64,000 nt of DNA, from the NCBI GenBank assembly GCA_042408215.1, contig JAYFMW010000030.1, positions 96,001-160,000 on the forward strand, in the 5' to 3' direction. The position numbers and the translations under genes were made by a program. The notes beneath the pieces are model-generated. The model was not told where the DNA came from. It worked only from the letters and a program-made list of their open reading frames with translations, and searched no databases. The DNA comes from Microcoleus sp. Lineage in GTDB: Bacteria > Cyanobacteriota > Cyanobacteriia > Cyanobacteriales > Microcoleaceae. Below are positions 30,876 to 41,562 of the stretch, in pieces; the first letter of the stretch is position 1; each line of letters starts with the position of its first letter.

Positions 30876-33487
30876 TAGCTAGAGTCCTCTGGCTTATTGC
30901 CAGCCACTTTGTCTCCAACTCTGAATGCTTTGAGCGGGTCGGAGCAAGGGACGCCCGTGAGTAGTTCTGTCAATTTTTGCTTGTCAGAGAGGGTGAGTTT
31001 TGCGATCGAATTGCACAGTTGCAAAATAGTTGGGTTTTCATCCGCAGAGTCCGCAGTCGCCCTCTGTGCAAGGATTGTTGTCGCAGAGGCATCCGCAGAG
31101 GCATCCGCAGAAAAAGTTGTTTTCTGCGGATGTTCTGCGGATGTTTTAACGACAGAACAAGGTTCTGCGGACTCTGCGGATGATTTCTCACTATGTTGTT
31201 TGCGGATACCCAAATAATAGGCATTACCCATTTCTCGTCCATTTAGTTGAGCTTCAGTGTGCCGATGTTTCTCCAGCTTAGGGAAAATCTCACAAAGTCG
31301 AGCGTACAACTGGTTGATAGCCTTCACTGGCTTATCCCACTGGTTAGGTAAATCATTCCAAACCAGCTTATCCTTGCCCTTCTCATTCCACTCAATCTCA
31401 AGTATCCCCGCCTCTTGATACCACTCTTGTAACTCGTTCCATAAGTCCTTGGCGTAAACGCGATCGCCCTTGCCAGATTCATACCCCAAGTCCCTCACAA
31501 ACTGCCACAAGTGCCGGCTTTCCTCCTGAGCTTCCCGCATAGCCTCACGGGTTGCCTTGTAGTCAATCCCCTCTTTCAGTAGCAGTGGCAACCGCTCCAA
31601 CATCTTGTTGAGCATTGCCGGCGCAATCCGCTCAAGGATAAAGTGCTCATCATCCTTAAAGCGCGGGTCAGCCTCTAATTCACCCTGAGACGGGTCAGCA
31701 TTATGCTTGTAAGTTTTCTTGAAACTCAGGATGCCGTAGCGGTCATCAATTGCAGCCGTCCCCCCGGTGATGGACGGTAGTTTGTTGCAGTTGGCGAAAA
31801 AGACGGCCGCAGGCTTGTACTCATAACCATCCTTGCCCTTGCGTTCAATATCAAGAATGTCCCCTGTAATTAACTGCTTAAGACTCTGGATGGTGTCTAG
31901 GTCTATTTTTGCAGTATTCTCGGAGGCCCAATTACAAATACTCCCTTCAATTCCTGCTAGAGAGAACTTGCGGCCATTGTCATAGGACTTGAAGTCTGAC
32001 AGCGACTTGCCAGTCATCCCACGCCCAAAGACAGCGGCCAACACAGCCCGCAATGTATCTTTACCGTTAGACCCCTCGCCGTGGCACAGCAAACCTTTAA
32101 CGCCCCGCCCTGTCAACTTTGAACGCACCAGCTTCAAATTCAACGCAGCAGCAGCAGTCCGCAGGAATACCTCACGCTGCGACGGCTCCAAGCATTCTAA
32201 AAGGCGATCGCAATCTGTCGGGTCAATGTCCGGGTCATACTTGCACCCAACATATGTGTAAACCTGTTCCTGGTTATCTGGCACGAGCAAGTGAGAGCCA
32301 TCAGGATTGATTTTTAGCACTCCGTCGGGGGTGTTCAATCCGTCAGGGTTGATGGTATTAGGACGTATAGCCACAGACACTAGCAGGGTGTTGTAGACCT
32401 CGTTGACGCTGGCAGAGTTAGCCCGTTTACAGCGGTATTTCCCTTGCACAAATTCAGAGTAAGTGTTCAACCAATCAAAGATGCGTCGCTTCTCAGTAGC
32501 TTCAGTCCGTAGCTCGTGATGAGTACCTGTGAATTCAAAAAGTTGCTCCCCTATTGCTGCCCAAGGCCCTTTGGGATACAGCGCTTCGATAGCCTTCTGT
32601 ATATAATTCTGCTCTGCAACAGGCGCGGTGTCTGGGATGTAGCCGTTCTTACTACGACTAGACGACAAACATACTACATTTTTACAAGTGCGCGGGTGAG
32701 GAGTTAGAGAATTTAGTATGTCTTGAACACTGACGCCCTTGCTGTCAATCCAGTCTTTGACATCAAATCCTTGACTTTTTGGCAGATTGTCCCAAACCCA
32801 AGAGGCAGGGTCACAGTACAGCCACTGAGCGTCTGGGAAATGTTGTGAAACTTTGGTCGCATCCTCAACCCCTGGTATGTCGCGGTCGGGAGTGATAACA
32901 ACCTTCGCACCCTGTAAGTCGCTGGTGTCAGTGATTCGCCATTTACCCATGCCGCCGATGCTGGTGGTAGCAGCCAAACCTAAATCCCAGAAAACGTCAG
33001 CACACGATTCACCGTCAACGATGAAAATAAGCTGGCTATTTGCGATCGCCTTTTGGATATCGGCGCGACGGTAGACAGGGATGCAGGCACGTTCAACTTT
33101 GCCCAAACCCATTACCCAGTCGTTCTTGTCTTTATCCCAGTGCTGCTGCTTGATATCCTTCTTGCGTCCGTCGCCAAAATCAATCCGTCGCACTCTGGCA
33201 AGGGGTGAGCCGTCGCGGTTGGGATAAGGAAAATAGCGAGTATCTGCGGGTCGGATGGCTTTCTTTTGAATTGGAGCGTAGAAGATGTGACCGTCTGCAT
33301 CGGACTTACTGGTAATTTCCCAACCCGTAGCGGGCGGTTTGTCGCGGTTACAGACTGATAAATTGCCGATGGAGTAGCACCAGTCAGACTTGCCACAGTG
33401 CAGGCAAGGATTGTCTTTGGTTACACGAACAAGATTTCCACGGGTGCTTGAAGTTTGCCCGTCATTCGAGTTAATATTGTGGGACAT
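30876..33487 (-). CDS. P4/D5-type primase-helicase (Zn finger, TOPRIM, SF3 helicase), C-terminus cut by IS630
   Basis: CLHCGKSDWC, FIVDGESCAD/PDRD..G TOPRIM, GEGSNGKD Walker A, ANCNKLP. Confidence 0.85.
31040..31182. repeat. Iteron-like cluster: 4x TCCGCAG facing 4x CTGCGGA
   Basis: Forward copies 31041, 31050, 31092, 31104; inverted copies 31124, 31135, 31165, 31174. Confidence 0.75.
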
Positions 33488-34058
33488 GATGATTTGTCTC
33501 GTCTTTCTAAGAGATGGGTGAATTGCCTAAAACCGTTGCGTCTCAGGTACCAATTGATAGCAGCGGTTTTTTGGTGTCTAGAATTTGTTGAAAATTTAGA
33601 GCATAGGAGGTACCGCCCCGCTAGTTGACTAGGGGTGCGATTAAGCTGTCGTTACGTGCACAGCCACCTATTTCGATGCCAGGGAGAGGGATGAATCGGG
33701 CAATCGGAGGATCGAGGATACCCCCGCCTATTTTACTGGTTTGACTACAACGACCCGACCAAGCAAGTAACCAGACAGCAAAGACGCAGAGGAGCTAATA
33801 CCGGAAATTTAGTTCAGGACGCGGAGGAAAACTTTTTAACAGCTTCTTGACTTCTTCCTGTATTTCTTCCTCTAAGCACTTGCAGACAAGCTGCCAAAAT
33901 TCCCACTGATGGAAAGTCTTGATAGTCTTTAATGGGCCTTCTCCCATGCCGAAAAAAGAATTGAGACGATTACTGGCCAGCGCAAAATTATAAGAAATAC
34001 CCTGAAAACCCTGTGACTTTAGTCCAGGGATGAAAGGGCGTTGCAGGATTTATCCTGC

Positions 34059-34212
34059 CTACTCTCTTTGAGTTTCAATGTAACGCTTAACCGTTTCCGT
34101 ACAAATATTTCCAGCGGTTGAGACAAAGTAGCTAGGTATCCACAGTGTAGGCAATTTAAGTAATTACGGCGTTACTCTCATGTCTGTATTCGTCGGGTGA
34201 AAATTTACTCAT
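34059..34212 (-). pseudogene. tnpA: TnpA (Y1 HUH) remnant with internal deletion
   Basis: MSKFSPDEYRHESNAV joined to LPTLWIPSYFVSTAG..VKRYIETQ; HUH region missing. Confidence 0.75.
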
Positions 34213-34276
34213 TATTGCTTGACTTGTCTATTTATGGTGTATATTAAACATAGTATCATAACAGCCAGTAAATTAA

Positions 34277-35518
34277 ATGTACGCAGTACAAAAAGATGTT
34301 TGGCGTTTAAAGGAACTCGACAAAACCCTTGTCGAACAACTACTAAGATGGTCAAATAATCTGTTTAATGTCGGAACTTACGAAAGTCGGCAACAATACT
34401 TTAAGAACCAAATCGCAGTTAAATATCCAGATTTGTATAAAATAACCAAAGCCAACGAAAATTAGGGGTTGCTATACTCTCAAGTTGCCCAGCAATCTCT
34501 TAAATATGTCGCGGAATCTTTTACTTCTTTCCGAGCCTTAGAGAAGTTGGCAAATCAAGGAGAAATCCATCAAAAACCGAGACTACCAAGGTACAGAACC
34601 AAAGGGGGAATGTACCCCGTTTCCTATCCCGGTCAAGCCTTAAAGGTAATTGGAAATAAAGTCAGATTACCCCTGGGGAAAAAAGGAAAAGAATACTTTG
34701 GGACAGATGCGCTTTGGGTTCCGCTACCTGAACGGATCAAGAATTGCCAGATTAAAGAACTCAGATTAATCCCTAGGAATGGTGCGGTATGGGTCGAATA
34801 TGTCTACGAATCCCTGACTGAGCAAGCCCCTAGTTGCAGCTTGGAAGTAACAGGGGTTCTGGGCATCGATCGCGGCATCAATAACTGGTTAACTTGTGTC
34901 TCTAGCAATGGTAAACCTTTGATCATTGATGGACTTAGACTCAAGTCTTGGAACCAATGGTTTAACAAAGAAAAAGCGAGAATTTAATCAGAACACGTAA
35001 TACATAAATTGCCCAAAGGTTGATCGTCAAAAAGATTACAACAGTTGTCGGAAACTCGCACTAGAAGGATGAGAGATGCTGTCAACAAAGCAGTGAGAAC
35101 CATCGTAGATTATTGCGAAAATCACCAAATCAATGTCTTAGTCTTTGGCTGGAACAAGGGACAGAAGCAAGAGGTTAATATGGGGGTCGTGACTAATCAG
35201 AATTTTGTCCAAATACCCACTGCTAAAGTCAAAGATAGACTCCAACAACAATGTGACTTAAAGGGGTGGCGATTTGTCGAACAAGATGAATCTTACACAT
35301 CAAAAGCAAGTTTTTTAGACCGAGACATTTTGCCAGTAAAAGTCGGTGAAAAACCTGACAATTGGCAACCATCGGGTAAAAGAATCAAAAGAGGATTGTA
35401 CCGTTCTAGCACTGGACTGTCGATCAATGCAGACGTTAACGGTGCAGCTAATATCATTAGAAAATCAATCATTTGCCATAGACTCAATCCGCAGAGCGAG
35501 TGGGTAGCGGGTTGCTGA
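34277..35518 (+). pseudogene. tnpB: TnpB RNA-guided nuclease with in-frame stops
   Basis: LGIDRGINN RuvC-I, ESYTSKAS, INADVNGAANI; stops at 34463, 34985 and ~35021. Confidence 0.88.
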
Positions 35519-35855
35519 CTAATCCTTTGAGAATTAAACTTTGGGCGGATTCATCCCCCAAAGTTTGTCCTGAAGAATCCCCGTGTCTTCAGACCGGGGA
35601 GTGTCAAAAGTATCAAGCATCGTAATTTCCTCCTCATTGCCCCAAAGGTGCTTGTTGAGAAGTTTGATACTGCCAAGTAGTACGAAGGTGTCGTCTGTCA
35701 TTTCATTATTTTAGTAGTGGTGGTCGCCTTCGGAAAATCACCCCTGTTTCCCTAGCCAGGCTCTACGTCATCGATGTTATACATCGACGAATGAGTTTTT
35801 TGCGGGAAACGTAGACGGTGTAAAGGTTTCGCCAAACATCCGAAATTTCGGATAT

Positions 35856-36404
35856 TCACTCATTAACTAAGCGTTTGTACTCAGCCTCAGCAGCTTTATA
35901 TTTAGGTGAACCACCTTTAGATACTCCCCATATCTCAAGAATGATTTTTGCCTTGCCATAGCCCCGCGCCTTGAGTTGCATGATGCGTTCTGCGAGTTCC
36001 TGTTCTGCCTCAGTTAACTGGGATTGTTCCGAACGTTCTGCGGGTTCTGAATCACTACAAGTCAGTGATAGCAATCGTTCTAGGTGTTCGACTTGCTCTG
36101 AACGTTCGGAACCGTTCAGAATTTGTTCGGCTTCCTGTTGACGTTGCTGCTGGCTGACATAGGCAGATGTGGAAATTTCATCAATAACATCTGTGGCAAT
36201 TGCCCGCTCTTTAATTGCTTCAATTTCACCCTGTTGAGACAGTCTGTAGGCGATATTGCCAGATTTAACCGCACAAGCAATTGCCGTGCAAAGACTCACG
36301 CCTTGTATGGCTTTATGCCAACCAATTCTCTTATCTAAAACACTCAAAGGAGTTAGCCACAAAGTCAGTGCAGCACCGGATAAAACAAACATTTTTAAGT
36401 GCAT
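35856..36404 (-). CDS. Membrane protein with C-terminal HTH-like segment (integrative element)
   Basis: Two N-terminal hydrophobic helices; RGYGKAKIILEIWGVSKGG..Y. Confidence 0.65.
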   Translation of the reverse strand: MHLKMFVLSGAALTLWLTPLSVLDKRIGWHKAIQGVSLCTAIACAVKSGNIAYRLSQQGEIEAIKERAIATDVIDEISTSAYVSQQQRQQEAEQILNGSERSEQVEHLERLLSLTCSDSEPAERSEQSQLTEAEQELAERIMQLKARGYGKAKIILEIWGVSKGGSPKYKAAEAEYKRLVNE

Positions 36405-36715
36405 TGTTCCCCCTCAATTAATCGGATCGAGTGTTCGTTAAGTTCATTAGCAACAGTCTCGAATTCTTCATAATTTGTATCATCCTTGATTGTTTCCCCC
36501 GCTAGATGCAAGTACCAAACTTCAAATCCATACTGTAAATCGAGCGGGTCTACATCGTAAACGCCTGGGTCGTAGTTGCCACGTTTTTTCTCATCTTTCT
36601 TTAGCCATTTTTTGATTCGTGCGGCATTCTCGGCTTTTTGTTCTTCAATAAAAAGCTTTAACAGCTCCTTACCGTCGGCTAGTAGATATAATTTCCCATC
36701 GACATTCAGGTACAT
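36395..36715 (-). CDS. Hypothetical protein (integrative element)
   Basis: Overlapping operon gene. Confidence 0.55.
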   Translation of the reverse strand: MYLNVDGKLYLLADGKELLKLFIEEQKAENAARIKKWLKKDEKKRGNYDPGVYDVDPLDLQYGFEVWYLHLAGETIKDDTNYEEFETVANELNEHSIRLIEGEQCT

Positions 36716-36969
36716 AGAAACACCCCCAAACCAATCAGCAGCATCGCCAAACCGCCAATTAGAACTGCTTGTAAGTCGGCAACTGAAACCTTCAGCAGTT
36801 GACTAATAGAGAAGTCCAAGAGCCAACACAGAATCCAAACAACAGCGACTGCTGCTATTAAAAACGTAATCGTCTTAAATGCCATCGGATGCAAACTCGC
36901 TACCCATCCCAATAGGGAGGAAGCGATGCACCAGGCGATAAAGTAATTCACCAAGTACATCACCCTCAT
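36706..36969 (-). CDS. Small three-TM membrane protein
   Basis: 87 aa, highly hydrophobic. Confidence 0.6.
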   Translation of the reverse strand: MRVMYLVNYFIAWCIASSLLGWVASLHPMAFKTITFLIAAVAVVWILCWLLDFSISQLLKVSVADLQAVLIGGLAMLLIGLGVFLCT

Positions 36970-37478
36970 TAGTTTGAGCCTCCCATTAACTTAGCTTTAA
37001 TTGCATCAATCCGAGTCCGTGCATCATTTTTAGCCTTGTCGATACCCAGTCCTAAACGAGCGTAACCAGGACGTAAACCATGCAGCTTTTTAGCTAAACC
37101 AGCATCAGCGCGTTTTTTTTCTAACTCATTCTCAGCTACAGCACCCTCATGTTTACGGTGCGATTTATGCACTGATTTGTCGGCTTCCTCAATCTTTGTC
37201 AGGGCTGCATAGGCGCGCTTAGATTGACGAGCACCATCGGTTTTCTCCTTTGCCAATTCCTTAATTATGTCAGCTTATTCCCGGTCAAAATAACGGGGTG
37301 TCGCCACAACTGGAACACTGCGGATACTGGAAAAGTTACCAGGATTTTGTGGGGTAATGACACCGGGTGCAGTAGTTGCTAACACTTTAGATTTGTCGAT
37401 TGCGTGTCCACCATCGTTACTTGTGGCAAGTTGATTTTCCTTGTTGCCACCACCAAACAGTCGTAGTTGTAAACTCAT
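36969..37478 (-). pseudogene. Coiled-coil hypothetical protein with in-frame stop
   Basis: MSLQLRLFGGG..RYFDRE*ADIIKELAKEK.. continuous frame split by TAA 37275-37277. Confidence 0.6.
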
Positions 37479-37924
37479 TTTGTGGTTCCTGATTGAATAT
37501 TGATGTTGATGCGAACAGGGCATAGATTGAATGGGTTGATTGATGGCAACAAAGAAATTACCAACACAAACAGTCCTACAGTTGCTAAGGCAAGCGCAGC
37601 AAACTGACTGATGTCTACCCAGTCTAAAAAATTGATGGAATTCTGACTAAAATTGCACACTGGAAACGAGCCATCGTTAGTCCAGTCAGTTTTGTCTACA
37701 GTGTCTACAATGTCTACAGTGTCTACAGCGGACACTACGTTGCTATGCGATATGCTGCTTACCCGCTCGTACTCTAGGTTGTGGAATTCTAGCAGTGCTT
37801 CCCAAGTCGATGTCTTCAAGAGCTTGCCGAAAGATTTTGCATTGTCATTTGTAAGCCCACAATCATAAGCAAGCTGCTTGAGGCCGTCAATGCGACGGCG
37901 CGATACTATTGGGGGCTTATTCAT
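37475..37924 (-). CDS. Hypothetical protein with C-terminal TM helix and 4x 9-bp internal repeat
   Basis: First gene of operon; TGTCTACA repeats ~37693-37728. Confidence 0.6.
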   Translation of the reverse strand: MNKPPIVSRRRIDGLKQLAYDCGLTNDNAKSFGKLLKTSTWEALLEFHNLEYERVSSISHSNVVSAVDTVDIVDTVDKTDWTNDGSFPVCNFSQNSINFLDWVDISQFAALALATVGLFVLVISLLPSINPFNLCPVRININIQSGTTK

Positions 37925-38186
37925 AGCATCCCCACAGTAAATTAAGAATTGCGATCGACTTTGTGGTCAATCGCCCTGAAAGTGGCATAATTTATAGGCT
38001 CCAAACGTTGTGAATGAACGGCTTGGGGAAGTCGTGGTTTGTTCGGTGCGACTAACACCGCTCAACCGCGCATCAATCTTCCTTAGTTACTCACGATTGC
38101 AGACTTACACTTCCTTGTCAACACAGGAAGTGTAAAGTTTTGTTTCGCTTCGCAACCCAAATAGCGGCCACAGAAAACAGGAATAT

Positions 38187-39407
38187 TCAACCCATATCAG
38201 ACTCTTGCACCACGCCCGGTAAATTAATACGCTCAATATCAAAGTGCAAATAGTGCTGCATAATTACTTCCGGCGAATTCCCTACAAGCTTAGCCAGCTT
38301 TTGAATAGGAAAGTCATTATTAGCGTGGTACGAAATCATCGTGTGTCTCAGATTGTATGGAATGCGATATCGCATCTCAAGATTCTTGAGTAATGTTTTC
38401 CAAACAACATTTAAAGCAGCCTGAATGATAGGTTTTCCCATCTCATTGGTAAACACAAAACCTTCTCGGTGCGGGATTGACTCAAGCAAAAGTTGCAATT
38501 CTTGATTGACCGGAAAAGTTCGCACCAGATCTGTTTTAGTACCTTGCTTTGAAACAATCTTGCCACCAGAAGTTAGTACCTGTGTCTCACAAAAAGTTAC
38601 GATTCTTTTGGTAATATTGACGTTATTCCATTTGAGAGCAATTGCCTCACTGGGACGGCAACCCGTCAACCAAAGAAAGTAAACGTACCTGTAATATTGA
38701 CTGTGCTTGCCCTTGAACCGAGAATGGGTATCATCTTTAAGAGCATTTAGGATGCGGTAAACTTCATCAACCGCGTACACGTCAATTTCTTTTTTCTCTT
38801 TTTTCTTGCCACTAATTTTGACCGACCCCAAAACATCACGATATTCGATACCCCACTTGCGAGGTATATTACCCTGCTTGCTGTTCCAGTCAACTGCCGC
38901 AGTTAAGTGCATAAACCGTTTTTTCGAGGTAGCAGCAGAGCGTTTTGTGTCATCCAGTATCCACTGAAGAATCTCTGACTTGTCCTCTAGTCGCTTAAAC
39001 AGACATTTTTCTAGCAGTCTAGAAACATGGGTAATTTCATTGTTGATGTAAGTTTGTTCCCACGCACCTAACGCTTGGTGAAAGTCAACATACTTTTTCC
39101 ACAGCAGTGAAAGTTCGTCTTTGCGAACTATACGCAGAGAAGCTTTGCTGCTATTAGCCAGTAGCGGTTTTAACTCCCCAACAAAAGTTCGCAGAGACTC
39201 CAAATCAATTATTTCAGCGGCGTCAACCAGTCGCTGTATTTCGCAGTCAAGCTTGCGTAACACCAGGGCCGTAAATTCATCAGAACCGAGTCCGATAGTC
39301 GATCGCCCAAATTTCTGATGCAAGCGTGCTGCGTAGTAGTGTCTGACTTGGTGTCGCTGCACCTGAAGATTCAGCCACCGAAACTCAGAATTTGCTACTG
39401 AGTACAT
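38187..39407 (-). CDS. Tyrosine recombinase / integrase
   Basis: TGCRPSE, GTKT, PYNLRHT, VGNS..HY catalytic pattern. Confidence 0.9.
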   Translation of the reverse strand: MYSVANSEFRWLNLQVQRHQVRHYYAARLHQKFGRSTIGLGSDEFTALVLRKLDCEIQRLVDAAEIIDLESLRTFVGELKPLLANSSKASLRIVRKDELSLLWKKYVDFHQALGAWEQTYINNEITHVSRLLEKCLFKRLEDKSEILQWILDDTKRSAATSKKRFMHLTAAVDWNSKQGNIPRKWGIEYRDVLGSVKISGKKKEKKEIDVYAVDEVYRILNALKDDTHSRFKGKHSQYYRYVYFLWLTGCRPSEAIALKWNNVNITKRIVTFCETQVLTSGGKIVSKQGTKTDLVRTFPVNQELQLLLESIPHREGFVFTNEMGKPIIQAALNVVWKTLLKNLEMRYRIPYNLRHTMISYHANNDFPIQKLAKLVGNSPEVIMQHYLHFDIERINLPGVVQESDMG

Positions 39408-39535
39408 ATTTCCCTCTCCAAGCTGAGATTAATTCCACCCAGGAATGGTATATGAAAATGGTATATAAACAGCATCTATTTGAGTCGATGTTCGTACAAG
39501 CCTTATCGTGCAAGGGCTAGCGCCATAGAATAGGC

Positions 39536-39593
39536 AGACTCGAAATCTACTTTAAAGGCAACTTTAACGTGGGTTCAAATCCCACCCTCTCCG
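39536..39593 (+). tRNA. 3' part of tRNA-Ser(CGA), att site (no 5' half)
   Basis: AGACTCGAAATCT anticodon arm, long variable arm TAAAGGCAACTTTA, T-arm GTGGGTTCAAATCCCAC, acceptor 3' CTCTCCG; followed by hairpin 39620-39652. Confidence 0.75.
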
Positions 39594-39860
39594 TTTAACA
39601 GTCAATGTTTACGGCATTCAAAAACTCGGTTTCTTAAAGAAACCGAGTTTTTTAGTATTTCTCGTCCCCAGATTTGTTTGTAGTCAGGACGGATGTCCTC
39701 CCGTCAACCCTATTGAGGACTAATACCAAATCCTGCTTAAATACTTCCTTGATCTCTCAAGTAGGAGCGCCTAATTAAACTATGTAAATTATTGTAAATT
39801 TATGCCAAATTGGCAACATAGTCTGGTTTCACGGGTTTTTAATGATTTTAGATAGCCCGG

Positions 39861-39969
39861 TATAGCAGTTCTCAATCTTGGTGTGGTATGCCCTATGCCC
39901 TATGCCCTATGCCCTATGCCCTATGCCCGCCGATCAAGCGTGCACCTGATGTTACTGAGAAAGGCTATA
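39861..39969. mobile_element. MITE-like element with ATGCCCT heptamer core
   Basis: Imperfect TIR TATAGCAGTTCTCA / TGAGAAAGGCTATA, IS630-like TATAGC ends. Confidence 0.5.
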
Positions 39970-40049
39970 TATTCGCACTATCTTCCTACAAGGAAATCCG
40001 ATATTAAAACCATTACCTATTGGTCATTTAGCAAGAAAGCCGATCGCAC

Positions 40050-40400
40050 ATTCACCGAATTTTTGAACAAAATCTGGGGATTTTCTGCTGAATCCGGCCG
40101 CAAAGTTGGCCGAGAAATTGCTCAAGAATCACTCCCATCCATACAGCAATCTGCCGCCGAAATCGCAGCCAGTTATCAGTGCGCGAAAGATCGATACGAC
40201 AGCAAACAGCAAGAATTCCAACAAGCCGAACAACAAGGGATTTTAGCTTAGGAAATTTGCAACAAAGAAGCCAGAAATTTAGCGATGGGAAAAGCGATCG
40301 CCATCCAACTGATTTTACCACAGTTAGCGTCAGAATTTAGGCAAGCCGAACAGGTGTTAAAAAACCATCATAAGCTGATGCTGTCAGCAAAGGGTACAAG
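40050..40400 (+). pseudogene. PspA/IM30-like coiled-coil gene fragment
   Basis: AASYQCAKDRY..AEQQGILA*..ARNLAMGKAIAIQLILPQL across an in-frame stop; ends approximate. Confidence 0.45.
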
Positions 40401-40562
40401 CATTGATGGTAGCGCCCCAACAGAATACCAGATACCCGACTTCTTCAAGTGCTGCGGGGAGCTAACAGAGATTTTTACACTATCTGTATTAGTAAGGTAC
40501 GCACTGCACACCCTACAATTAGAATCTGTGCGTCCAGGACTATAAAATCTAAAATTGTTGTA

Positions 40563-41474
40563 ATATCAATTCCGGTGTGCGATTCGTTTAGCCTAAATGG
40601 ATAGGTTCTCCTATCCAGGGACGGTTAGCCTGACTCCGCTGCGAGTTAGTGATAACTGATTACACTTCTGGGTGAGACGTTAAGTCAAGTCCCAGTCCGC
40701 AGGTGCAGCGGTAAAAGCATATCCCCTATTTTGTTAGGTAGCAACTAACAGGATAAAGCGGGGATAAAAGGCAGAAAGACTCTTAGCCAAATGGAGTAGC
40801 TGTCGAGCCAGAACATATGCGTAGCGAAAGCAAAAATGTGTCTGAACCACCGTTATGATAGATGGTCAAATGGCTGATAGACCAAGCCAAAAGGCAAGGA
40901 TAGGGCATAAGCAATTATCGGATTGACTTATCAGCACTGCCCAAAAAACCCGGTGGAAAGCATTACGCTGTCATGTTCAACCAATGTGTAATCGGAACGA
41001 AGTAAAGCTCTCACAGCCCTTAAAAATAAGTAGGTTGCTAGCCGTAAGCTGTGAGTGTGAGGGATGGTTGCAGAAGCTAAAGCTCTGCTGTAATAGCAGA
41101 GATCTGCTGACAGCGCCTGGTGGTGTAAAAGATTGAGACTGAGTAACCCTTTAAAAGCCTAATGCCACAGAAAAATCTGATGGTGGGATGTAGGGGTAAA
41201 AGGAAAACTATCAAGCGGTATAAATCATCTCGTGATGCGATCGTACTGTATCCATAACCAGGATTACATCACTCAGGAGCCGTGTGCGGTGAAAGTCGCA
41301 AGCACGGTTTTGTAGGAGAGATGGTGGGGGACACTCTGCCATCGACTCTCTAACTGCACCGTCAGGTGATGTTGACTGTTGACTGTTGACTGTTGACTGT
41401 TGACTGTTGACTGTTGGCTGTTGGCTGTTGACTGTTGATGGTTTGAACAATACCGATGCAAGCGGAAACGATAT
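40563..41474. mobile_element. MITE-like repeat (TGTTGAC core) interrupted by group II intron
   Basis: Rejoined left end ATATCAATTCCGGT|TGCACCG is an imperfect inverted match to CGATGCAAGCGGAAACGATAT; related end at ~43290-43312. Confidence 0.6.
40577..41354 (+). ncRNA. ORF-less group II intron (IIB-like)
   Basis: 5' GTGCGATTCG; domain V GAGCCGTGTGCGGTGAAAGTCGCAAGCACGGTTTTG; domain VI ending CTCTAAC; no RT ORF. Confidence 0.9.
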
Positions 41475-41562
41475 AATGCCCTATGCCCTATGTCCAATGC
41501 CCTATGCCCAATGCCCAATGCCCAATGCCCAATGCCCAATTCCCAATGCCCAATTCCCAAAA

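Larger units (their letters stand above)
34001..35607 (+). mobile_element. IS605-family element (tnpA remnant + tnpB pseudogene)
   Basis: Left hairpin CCCTG..CAGGG; right end GAATCCCCG..CGGGGAGTGTCAA; no target duplication; removal restores host ORF. Confidence 0.88.
33795..35701 (-). pseudogene. 99-aa hypothetical gene split by IS605 insertion
   Basis: Joining 35701-35608 to 34000-33795 gives one frame MTDDTFVLL..MLDT|CISYNF..LNFRY*. Confidence 0.75.
30876..39593 (-). mobile_element. Integrative element (phage satellite/ICE-like): integrase, small genes, primase-helicase; left part cut by IS630
   Basis: Co-oriented module ending at a tRNA-Ser 3' fragment next to a tyrosine integrase. Confidence 0.7.

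Noticed and set aside
30876..33487. HIP1 depletion as a sign of recent foreign origin
   Set aside because: The primase gene carries several GCGATCGC sites; no clear depletion without a proper count.
39490..39593. Intact tRNA gene
   Set aside because: No 5' acceptor strand or D-arm; only the 3' part is present.
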